From: the human T2T-CHM13v2.0 reference genome, Homo sapiens
NCBI RefSeq assembly: GCF_009914755.1
Contig: NC_060941.1
Strand: one strand, 5' to 3'
DNA length: 64,000 nucleotides
The notes under the pieces are model-generated. The model ran no database searches. It was not told the origin of the DNA and was given only the letters and a program-made list of their open reading frames with translations. Each line of letters begins with the position of its first letter. Within the stretch, counting starts at the first letter, position 1. A program made the translations under genes and the position numbers. Of the stretch, positions 35,150-45,588 are shown one piece after another.

Positions 35150-37452
35150 GCTATTACAAATAATGTAGAGCAAAGGGGCAGCAAGAGGGAATTTTTTTGG
35201 ACAATGAAACTGTTCTGCATCTTGATTATGGTGGTGGTTACATGACTCTATACATATGTCAAAACTCATAGGATTACAGACCAAAAAGAGTAAATATTAC
35301 CGTATATAAATTAAAAATAAATGAGTAAAAACAATGTAGTAATGGAGACTTAAAATCCAGTTCTTTCTAAGCCCTGACTTTGTAACCGCAGCTCTAGCCC
35401 CTCTCTGGATTTTAAATCAGTTCTATAAGTGTCAGCTTGTGGAGGTCTATACCAGACAGGAAGGGCCCCCAACTCTCGCCTTGTGAGGGACAGAATAAAC
35501 ACGCAGGCAGCAGAGGCCACACGGCATTGGACTGATGGTCAGAGGGTGGGGGTGGGGTGTAGCCTGGTGAGTTTGGCACCTCTGAGACGCTGATGTATAA
35601 TGAGGGGATTAGATTAGGAAAGGCCTTTCTACCTAGGATGGCCTGTGGTTCTACTGTAAAAATCCCAAACACAATACAATTAGCTCTGTTGTCTGCATTT
35701 TGTTTAGAATAATCAATCATAATAAACAATCATTGTAACAACTGGCTGTTCAACACATGAGACCCCAGATGATTTGGGAAGGAGCTTGGAGTGACAGGAA
35801 ATGTTTGGGTTTGTGGTTTAAAGCCTTAGAGCACCTTCTCAATATGATTATATTGAGTAGTGATTGATAATAAACACGACTCAGGTTTACAGTGAAAAAG
35901 GAACTTTTACAACATTGGTTCACTTCAGCCTCTTACCTTCACCACATCAATCCTGTCAAGGAGGAATTACTGCAATTTAGGGAACAGGGAGACTGAGGGT
36001 CTGGTCACTCAAGGCTATGGCTGGTGTTGAGATTTTCCCAATATTCCATTTTTCCAAAGCCCACAGTGGATTTGGTTCAGTTTTGGTGTTGAGTGTATTC
36101 CTTTGTCTCCTAATCCTATGAAAATTAATGGAAAAGTGTTAATTGGGCATCAATTCATGCTTAACATTAATCTCAGTATTTGATGAACCACAACTTTATG
36201 TTGCCCCTCATGCCATATTAACTCAGTTTATTGCAACAATTTAAAACGATACAGATTTAAAACAATATGGGTAATTGTATCCGTATTGTTTCAAATGCCC
36301 CATAAATTGAAACCAGCCCGAATTTGGGCAGTCTGGAATCTGCCGGAGAAACTTTCATGCGATGCCTTTGGAAGGCTACAGACATTGTCTTTTTGGAGTT
36401 TTCAGTGCATGAAGGTATGAAACCGCATTTATTAAGCACCTACTGTATGCCAGAACCCGTGCTGCACAATACTACTGCTGCTAAGGTGGGAGTGATTCTG
36501 AAGCCTTCTGCCACCCTAGCTACCTCTGCAGGTCGTGAGGGGTCTTGGGCTATTTCAGTATCATGCACTTTACTATCCTGGCATACAAAGGCTGGGTGAG
36601 AAATAAAATATATAACGAACGGATTACACAGGGGTTTCCTGAAATAACCACCCTTCCCATCCATCCCAGAGACACCCCAAAAGTACTTCTCGTTATATAC
36701 AAACATTTGCTTTGAACCTCAATCATGTGACCTTGACTCCTATAACCTATCTTATTACATTTTTAAAACACTGTATGATTAACGCGGAAACCCTTTCTTC
36801 GGCACTTTCTCGCCACTGGAATCGCGTCAGTTTCTCAAAGTTCCAAAATAACCTTTCCCGGGCACGGATTGGTACCTCTACTGGGGAAGGGCGGGGAACC
36901 GCGCAAGACGTGCCGGTGTGGAGCGAGAGCCAGAGAGAACTTCCAGCGCAAAAGGAAAATAAAACTTGTGGCTGGTGTTTGTGCAGGAGGGTCTCCGCCA
37001 TCCTGAAGCCCCCCGATCCTGGGGCGTCTCGGGGGCCGCCAAAGGAGCGCCAGGGTGTGGGTTTGCTCCCGACGTCCTTGACCTAAATTTCTGAGCGGTG
37101 GCTGGAAACAGGGCACAGCGGAGGGCGGGCGGCTGGTGCCATCCCCGGATCTCGGCGGCAGGGGCCGGCAAACTTGAATGGAGAGGGCGAACTAGAGAGG
37201 GTGGGGGGCGTCTTCTCCCAGGTCCGGGTGAGGAGCCGCAGCAAGCTCCCCGCGCCTCCCCTCCCCCGATCCACCCGCCCCCCGCAGCCCATGTGATCCA
37301 GGGAAGTCGGGGTGCGCTCCCCCTCGCCCTGCGCCCTGCCGGCCCGGAGGCGGGGTCCCCTCCGCCCGCGGGGTTCGCGCGCCACCCTTGTGGGTCCGGC
37401 CGTGGGGGGCCGAGTGTGCGCGCGCGGGCAGGCGGGGGCCGCACGGGGGTGC

Positions 37453-37503
37453 GTGACGTCACCGGCATTGGTTACACGACGTTCTAGAACTCCGCCCCAC
37501 GTG
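37453..37503. promoter_or_regulatory. Proximal promoter motif cluster: CRE, CCAAT, HSE-like, GC box, E-box
   Basis: GTGACGTCAC 37453-62; ATTGG 37467-71; GTTCTAGAAC 37481-90; CTCCGCCCC 37490-98; CACGTG 37498-503. A second CACGTG lies at 37631-36. Confidence 0.75.
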
Positions 37504-37817
37504 CGCCGGGGAGGAGGGGGAGGAGGAGGAGGAGATGGGGGTGGGGAGGAGGAGGGGGAGAGGTGGGGATGGGCCGGGGGGGCGGGGACGGGGGGGTGTG
37601 CGAGGCAGCGGGGCTGAGCTAAGCCGAGCCCACGTGTGACGGCTCTCGCCGCTGCCCCGGCTCCGCCGCTCGCAGAGAGATTCGGAGGAGCCCGGGCGGG
37701 GGGGAGGAGGAGGGGGAGGAGGGAGCGGAGATCTCGGGGCTCGGAGCCGGCCGCCGCTCCGCTCCGATCGCTGTGGGGCTTGGTTTTTTGGGGGTGGGGG
37801 GGCGGGGGGGCTCAGAT

Positions 37818-37879
37818 ATGGAGGCAAATGGGAGCCAAGGCACCTCGGGCAGCGCCAACGACTCCCAGCACGACCCCGG
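37818..37879 (+). CDS. MSI2: MSI2 exon 1 coding part ([21 protein letters not shown])
   Basis: ATG in gatATGG context; donor GG|GTAAGT at 37880. Confidence 0.97.
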
Positions 37880-40800
37880 GTAAGTTTCCAGCCGCTGCCC
37901 ACCGCGCCGCCTTGGGCTCGCTCTCCTTGCAGCGGCGGGGACGGCGGTGCGCGGAGCCGGGCATCTCCCGCGCCCCCCCGCCTCTCCCGCGCGCCCCCCC
38001 CGTGGAAGTTACACACCTTTGGATTGCATTTCGCCGTCACCTTCTCCCCCACCCCACCTCCCGGCTCTCGCTCGCTCGCTCCCCCCCGCTTTCCTTTTAG
38101 CTTTTGTAAGTTACACGTCAAAATGGCCGATCTGACATCGGTGCTCACTTCTGTTATGTTTTCTCCCTCTAGTAAAATGTTTATCGGTGGACTGAGCTGG
38201 CAGACCTCACCAGGTAAGGGAGGGAGGGGGGGACGCCTGGGTCCCCCCCTTCTTGGCTTCTTTATTGCTCTTTGTTATCCCGGTGTAGGAGCCCCCCCCC
38301 CCCCCGCCATTGGCTCCCCACTTCTCCTGTGCAAGGTTATTTTTTTTAAATAGCAAATCCTTTCTGAGCCCTCTATGCGACCTCTGTTGCCGAATTTCCC
38401 CCGCGTGTGCAAAAAATGCAAAAACAAAACAGAATAACAACAGAAAACTACTTTTGGATTTTGTCCTTGATCAAAATTTGCATTGCTTTTTTTTTCCACA
38501 CCTTCTCTCCCCCCCCCATCTCTCTCTTTCTCTCTCTACAGATAGCCTTAGAGACTATTTTAGCAAATTTGGAGAAATTAGAGAATGTATGGTCATGAGA
38601 GATCCCACTACGAAACGCTCCAGGTAAACCATTCCCTTCTGGATTTTGTCTTTATTTTAGAACAAAGTTTAAGTTTTATTTTTGGAGGTGTCTTCGGAAG
38701 TAGCTAAGCGGATTAGAATGGGGCTCAGGCGCGTGGCTGATCTCGAACGGCGCTCTATACCACCCCCACCGCCCCCTAGTAACCCCAGAGGTTATTGTTA
38801 ATTGGAGCTGAACTCTGGATACAGAGATACCCATCTCTCTGCTTTTAAGTCATTTTCCCGTCGCTTCTTTTTCTCTGTTTAAAATGACATTCAGCTTCAT
38901 TTACTTTCGCATAGTTTTTTTTTTTCTTTTGATCTTAATGTGTGTTTCCCCCACACTCCCAGCTCCCCAAACTCTTAAGATCCCTCTTAGAAAGATGGTG
39001 GTAAATCTCTTCTAAGTGCCGGGCTTTCTTCGGAATAAAACAAAGCGTTAAGAAAGGGAAGGGGAGGAGGAGAGGAAACTGAGGTGGCCAAAGAGTGGAG
39101 GCACCAGCATTTTCCAAGTTACCTCCACCCTCCCTGCCCCCGTTCCACTTCCCCCGTTAACCTTGATGTTTTTTCTTGCGAGGTGGAGGGCTGTAGGCAG
39201 GAGGGGAATTGGAGGAGGGGAGTGGGAGGTGGGGGTGCGTGGGGGGCAACTTTTGCTCCTCATTCAGCCTTAGGTCTCACTCCTGGTTGCTTTCAATGGT
39301 GTCACATTTTCTTGTTTGTTTTTCTCCCTCTTTGTCTCCTTTCAGAGGCTTCGGTTTCGTCACGTTCGCAGACCCAGCAAGTGTAGATAAAGTATTAGGT
39401 CAGCCCCACCATGAGTTAGATTCCAAGACGGTAGGTTGCTTTTTGTTGTTGTTGTTCGCCCCTTTTCAGGAACGATCTGGGCATTGACAGCCCCATTTAA
39501 AGGGACAGTGCCTTCTTTTGCTTCTGTGCTAGAACTGGGTAGTTTTAAACTGAGCTAGCGAGTTGGCTCAAAAGTTTGCTGCTGTGGCTGGCTTTGGGGT
39601 TTTCTTTTTAGAGCCTGTCCCATTGCAGCTTCAGAGGCTGCCAAGGTTAGGCTTGGGGAGGAGAGGGTTCGGCTCCTGGAGAGTCTGCCTTCCCGGCCTG
39701 GGGACTGTGCAGAGAAACTCCACCAGAGAGCAAATGCAACTTTTCTTTGTCAGCCAAGCACAGCACGCGTTACCAACTGTGGCTGTGGGGATCAGCTTTG
39801 AGAAGGCACAGCCTGCTTTGTGGCCAAGGGGGACAGCAGTGGGAAGGAGGGGAGAGGGCGCTAATTACAGGTCCAGGCAACAGGTTTCTCTTGGGGCACT
39901 TGGGATTTGGAATGTGCTTTGGGAAGGGAAGGGGACGCTGGCGGAGCTGAGCTGGGCATCCACTGGGGTGACTCCAGATGGCATGAAATCTAAGGCTGAT
40001 AAGGCCTGGGGGTTTCAAAGTGATTTTTTTTTCCTTCCTTTTCTTTCTCAGATCCTTTCATTTGAGTATGGGTACTTTTATACATCACAAGTTTTAAAAA
40101 TCCAGAGTAGAAGGGGGAAGAGTCTCCAGGCAGAGGTCAGAAGGGGAAGGGAAGAAAGAGTGTCTGTATATAACAATACATTTAATGGGAGGGGGAGTGT
40201 GCAGTGTTTTATTTAGCCCCTGTGTGGGCTTCCTGCCTCTCCTCCCTTCCCTTTATGTCTACCAGAGTTTCCCCACGGTTTTTATTAATATATATCTGCC
40301 CCAAACAGAGGCCTTAAGATGACATTGGGCTGTAGTGCTGGGTTGCATGGAACTTCACTCCTCTGTGATGGGGTAGTGGGACAAGGCCAGAAATGGGGCT
40401 CTACTTCCATCCGCCTCTTATGAAAGTGAGCAAGACATTCCCTACCTCTGGGTCTCAATTTCCTCTTCTGTAAAATAAGTGGACCAAGGTGATCTTTCAA
40501 GCCCCTTTTGGCTTTAACATTGAATGGAAGAGAAGGAAAGCAAATAAAGAAACCTGGCAACCTTCGGTGCACTTGAATTGATTTTGCAAATTCACCCTCT
40601 TTCTCTGATCAAAGAGATCAGGAATGCGTGCCTTCTCCTAAGAAAGAAACCCACCTACACTCTTAGTTGCTTTATTAATTGTCCTGGACTTGTCATAGCT
40701 TGCATGCAGCCCAGCCTTTTGTACTTTTAGATAATTTAATTTCAGAAATGATTTGTAGGATGATAACAGATGTCTGAAAAATTTTTCTCTCCTTGATTTC

Positions 40801-43268
40801 GTGGCTAGCCATTTCAAAAAGCTAGTGAAATTAAAGAGGAAAATCTTTTCAAGGCAAATTTGGGAATTTATCATCCACCCCCTCTTGCTACCTGGGTGGG
40901 AGAAACAGTATTTGGTTTCTGTGGTGGCTGGTGGGTCATATTCCTCTGTATCAGGTGCAAAGCCTGCAGTTTCCCTCTCTGATTGTTTATAGACATGTTT
41001 TGGTCACTATTATTTAGTGTAACCTAGCTTTTGACTTTGTTTCAACGTTCAGTGCAGGAGGCAGAAGCGGTTGGTTTATTGACATGGAAACGAGGATCTT
41101 GTTTACTGTTACCTTAAAAGCTTTGTTTAGGTAACGGCCATTCACATCCAAAATAGTACCCTAGTCTTTTCCTAGAGGACTTGTAGATACAGTAAGTAGA
41201 GCTGTACCTAACTAACTAATGTTTTAATTTTTGGTAGTTTTCTTTTTTGTTTGTTTTTTAAAAAATAGTTGACAGGGATGTGCAAAAGGTTGGGATTTGC
41301 CATGCTTAACTTGACCCTTCCTCTCCTTCAGAGATCTCAGCGTGTAAACTTTGCACACTGAGGAACTTCGATCATGATATAATGCTCTGATACGGCCACA
41401 CACCATCCAGGAGTTCTGAATTGGCTTTTTCGTTTTGTGATTTAAATTTTCTTTAGTACTTCACTTTCTTCATTGCACCTTACTTCTTCCAGCTCCTGGC
41501 ACCTCCCTCAACATACCCCACACCTGTTACCCCATAAACAAGGTGATTTCTGATTGCAATTGTGTGCCGGCCAACTAAAAAAAACACCCTCTGGGGAGTA
41601 TTTATAAAAAGACACCTCTGTCTTACGTACGTCAACAGAATGGAAAATCCACACCTGTTGTATTTCTCTTGTAGACAAGCGCTAGTCAGTGCTGGACACA
41701 CCTGTAGATGCAGTAATGTTAATCTTTATGAAAGGGTAGTTTTCTAGATCAGAGATTTTTGTCTATTTTAGTTTTTGAAAAGTAATCTCTCATTTCTCAG
41801 GTGATGTTTAAAGGTAGGGAATGCAATGCAGACTTTTATTAGGTCTTTAAGCCCCCGTAATAACAGCAGGAAATCCTCATATGTCTTTCTGGCTGGGACC
41901 CTAGGTGATGTAAGTCAGGGAACAAATGAACTATCCTCCGTGCTTCCCACTCCCCACCCCCACCTCCCTACTTTCCTCCACAGCATTACTCTTTTCTCCC
42001 CTGCTCCTTCTCATGGCAGAAGTGAAAACAAAGCTCAGATTTACTTTTTAAAAGGAAAACATTTTAATATGAAAGCCAAAGCCTGGAAATAAATAACTGG
42101 TAGCATGTTTATACTATCTGTGTTACATTTTTACCCAAAGATTTGTGACATTTAGAAATTCAATGAAAACCGACAACGGGAATATTTTCACATTTCTTTC
42201 CTCCTCTTTTTATCTGTGCAGTCACTTTTTTCCTCCCTCACATCAGCCTGTTAGATTCACATGCTTCCAGGAGAACTGTTCTGAGCTGTACAGCTAGACC
42301 CTGATTGAGCATCATGCGTTTTGCAAGTGTGTGATTTGGACTGGAGGATGTTTTTCCACTCGGATTGAGGTTGGGGTAGGGGAATTCCCTACTTGTTGCA
42401 CTAGATTCTGACTACTTCTTGTATTCAGTAACTTTTTTTTTTTTTTGGTGCCCTCCCCATGATGGGATTTCTTTTCTAATTTGGGTTTAGGTTGCTTATA
42501 GATTTTTACTCCCTGTTGTTTTTAAAATCCAGGTGGATTTAGCTCACATGCTTCATTTTCTTTACTTCAAAAAATTATTTTTTATCTTTTGAGGTATAGC
42601 TACAGAACAGATGATCTTTTTGGTTAATCCTGGGTAACTTTACTTTTGCTAAAATGAATTAATTAACTCAAGCAGAGCACTGTGTTGGATGTCTGTGGGG
42701 AGTTTTTGGATGTTGTTGATTTAAAAAATTTTTGGAAGCTCCTTTCCCTCCTGTGTTGTTTAGTTATCATCAGGGAGAAGAAATACCATCCAATTACCTA
42801 CTGCTAGAGAATACTTACATTTAATTTTCAGGTTATGATTTTTTTCCCAATGATAATGATGCTCCCATCTTTTCTCCCAGCCACGCATAGCAAATTAGAT
42901 GTAGATACCATTTAATATTCAGTGTCTGGAAGAAGAAGCCCTTGCCTAAATAAGAATTACATGAGATCTGGTTTATTAAGAGCATCACACACTGAAATGC
43001 ATGGTGGGTCATTTCAGAAAGGCTAGCTAGCTATGTTAGTTACCTGATCTGTTGGAGGGATGGTTAAAGTTGAGATCAAAGTTTAAGAAACTTTTGAGTT
43101 GCCTGAGAAGTTACTAAAAGCTGGATTATAAGCCTGAGAAATGAGTGATTAATAATTAGGTGATTAATCATATATTTTTTCCTTAAAGTACTTTATTGAC
43201 TCCTGCTTTTCTATTTTTTTTCCCAGATTGACCCCAAAGTTGCATTTCCTCGTCGAGCGCAACCCAAG
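37818..43268 (+). CDS. MSI2: Musashi-2 RNA-binding protein, coding exons 1-5 (partial; gene continues beyond the window): join(37818..37879,38173..38213,38542..38623,39346..39430,43227..43268)
   Basis: The spliced exons (62+41+82+85+42=312 nt, all GT-AG, phases consistent) translate to [104 protein letters not shown]. This is the Musashi-2 N-terminus and RRM1 (RNP2 MFIGGL, RNP1 RGFGFVTF). Confidence 0.98.
38123..38213 (+). CDS. MSI2: MSI2 alternative N-terminus ([17 protein letters not shown]) from a 5'-extended exon 2
   Basis: aaaATGG strong Kozak at 38123, in frame with exon 2 [13 protein letters not shown]. It matches the alternative MSI2 isoform N-terminus as I recall it. Confidence 0.85.
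38173..38213 (+). CDS. MSI2: MSI2 exon 2 (RNP2)
   Basis: Acceptor ttctccctctag|T, donor CAG|GTAAGG; encodes [13 protein letters not shown]. Confidence 0.97.
38542..38623 (+). CDS. MSI2: MSI2 exon 3
   Basis: Long CT tract then tacag|AT; donor CAG|GTAAAC; encodes [28 protein letters not shown]. Confidence 0.97.
39346..39430 (+). CDS. MSI2: MSI2 exon 4 (RNP1)
   Basis: Acceptor ctcctttcag|A, donor ACG|GTAGGT; encodes [28 protein letters not shown]. Confidence 0.97.
43227..43268 (+). CDS. MSI2: MSI2 exon 5
   Basis: Acceptor ttttttttcccag|ATT, donor AAG|GTAAGT; encodes [14 protein letters not shown]. Confidence 0.97.
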
Positions 43269-45449
43269 GTAAGTAGGAGAATAAACAGTAGGATTTTAGC
43301 ACTCAGAGATGATTGCCAAGAATTTCAAATTTCAAACAGCATTGGCCATGAACTGTTGAAGCCTGGTATTCACTGTTCCTTCGGGGTATCAGGACAGGCT
43401 GGGCAAGTAGTCCTGTGAGATAACCATGCGTCTCTAAGTTAGCCATCCCAAGGTGGCTTCTGAACATCCACCTGGGGGCAGGGACAAGTCTGATGCTTAG
43501 TGGGAGGACGTGTTTCCATCGACTGCAGTATTTTTTGCAAGGATTCTATTTGTTTTTTAAGCATTTCCAATATCATATCAGGAAAAGTCGAACATTTCCT
43601 TGTGACTCTTTCGGAGGGTACTCTTTGAGGCTTTACAACTTGGAGTTAATGCAGAGGAGTAGAGTTTGACTAAACAGCTGATCCTTTCTTGGAAAAGACA
43701 ACTTCTTAGGCCCATAAAGCCTTAAATCTGGGAGGGCAAGCAGTGGATATCTTGGTTTTAGGTTGGTTGGATAAGTCAGGGCATACTTGAAACCAACAGT
43801 GCTTCTTATTTGTGCAAGTGCTGGTGCCTGGGTGGAGAAGTCCTGAAAATGTTGTAACCTTGTAGGAGTGGCACTACAAGACTTGCTTAAAGAATTGAGA
43901 TAGGGCTTCACTTTTTTAGAAGTGTGTCGTTAACATAGTTTTCACTGAGCTTGCCAGGTGTGGCTATGAGAACACAGTTGCTTGAAGCCTAAGGTTAAAT
44001 TGGAAGGGCTTATGGCTTACATGTTACATTTACACTTTTTAGTTACTATTTTTCTTCCTTATGTAGCACTGGAAGAAATGCTTTTTATGTATCTTCGGGA
44101 TTTGTCATTCTTTTAGGGAAAGGGGAAAAGTTGAAGCTTCTAAGTCGGAAAAGGTTGTGGCTTTAGCAAATTCAGTTTATTTCTTTATGCACAGTCTCCC
44201 AGAAGTGGAACCTTTTAATCGTGTAAAGAGAGGAATGGTTTTGCACATTAGTATAGAAAAAGTTGGTGATTGTGATGGTACTTTGAGAATTTCAGGTCTG
44301 GGGCATACCACTTGATTGATTGATTCCTTCCTTCCCTCCTTCTTTCTCTCCCTCCCTCCTTGTTCTCTTCTCCCTTTTTTAAAGATGGAAACACAACTTT
44401 TTAAGTAAATACAATGAAATATTTTCTTCAGGCATTTTTTTGTAATGCTTAAGCAAATGATAGGAATTAATGATTAGGTTATTTTTGTACTTAGCACAAA
44501 CTTTGGAATTGCCCTTATTGTTTTAGTTACTTCCCAAACTGTCTGTGATCCTTCACATTTCAGAGGGCTTCCCAGAGTTAGCAGTATTTCCTGGGTTTGG
44601 AGGAATTGCTGTTTCTTCCATAAGTGTGAATCTTCAAATTTCCAGGTTAGTCATTTGATCACTCAGAGCTTGGATCAGATTACCCAAGAGGGAAGCTGGA
44701 AAAATCCCTTACTTGGTAAAACCATGGGTTTGACCTGTTTTTCTCTCCCCTTTGTTGTCCCCCTTCCTTAACTTTGTTTTTAAATGAGAAAAGCAATATT
44801 TCACTTTAATACACTCTGCAGTGATGCATTCAACTTGAAAACGAGACAGAATGTTTCTCAAACTTGTCAAAGTGTGCATTCCTTTCCCAACCCTCAACTC
44901 CACATCTGGAATGTTTGTAGGTGAATTAACATGAAACCACTTGGGGGAGAACATCTTTCCATGAATTCTAGGGATTTAATAATAACACCTTACTGTGTAT
45001 GACATACTTCACTTTACGGAGGACTTGGCTGTTCATTATCTCCATCTGAATTCCATCTCCTGGGGCATTTGGCTGTTGTCCCTAACCTTCTCTCAGTCTC
45101 AGTGTGCTCATCTGTAAAGTAGGAGTGATGACATAGCTCTCCCAGAAGGTTTTTGTGTAGAGTAAAAGAGCATGGTCTGCGACAAAGGTCTTCGTCATTG
45201 TCATTATTTTTCTTGTCGGTTTTCTCATCATTGTTCCGGTTGTTGTTTGCAAGTGGGACAGCCTGGGTTCGGATGCTGGTGGTGCCACTCCTTAGCTGTG
45301 TGAATTTGAACAGGTCGTTTAACTTCCTTGAACCTTCGTTTTTCCATCTCATAGAGTTTTTCTGCAGATTACGTAAATTAATAAAGGTAAAGGGACTGAA
45401 AAAAAAAAGACGTTGCATGGTAATGCCATAGAAGCGTTAACCTGCTATC

Positions 45450-45588
45450 TTATTTATTTATTTATTTATTTTTGAGATGGGATCTCACTGTGTTGCCCAG
45501 GCTGGTCTTAAACTCCTGGGCCAAGCTATCCTCCCACCTCTGCCCCCCAGAGTGCTGGGATTATAGGCGTGAGCCACTGTGCCTGGCC
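45450..45588 (-). mobile_element. FLAM/Alu monomer among MIR fragments (45080-45850)
   Basis: Single Alu arm; TSD aacctgctat. Confidence 0.85.

Larger units (their letters stand above)
36780..38410. promoter_or_regulatory. CpG island / TATA-less promoter of MSI2
   Basis: Sharp rise in GC and CpG density around exons 1-2, free of interspersed repeats. Confidence 0.93.

Noticed and set aside
36878-38148. Long antisense and alternative-frame ORFs across the CpG island (196, 229, 154, 129 aa)
   Set aside because: Low-complexity Gly/Pro/Arg ORFs are expected from stop-codon scarcity in GC-rich DNA; no domain is recognisable.
39563-40216. 217-aa ORF in intron 4
   Set aside because: TTG start, no recognisable homology and no supporting splice context.
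41336-41362. 27-nt hairpin ctcagcgtgtaaactttgcacactgag
   Set aside because: Too short for a pre-miRNA and plausible by chance.
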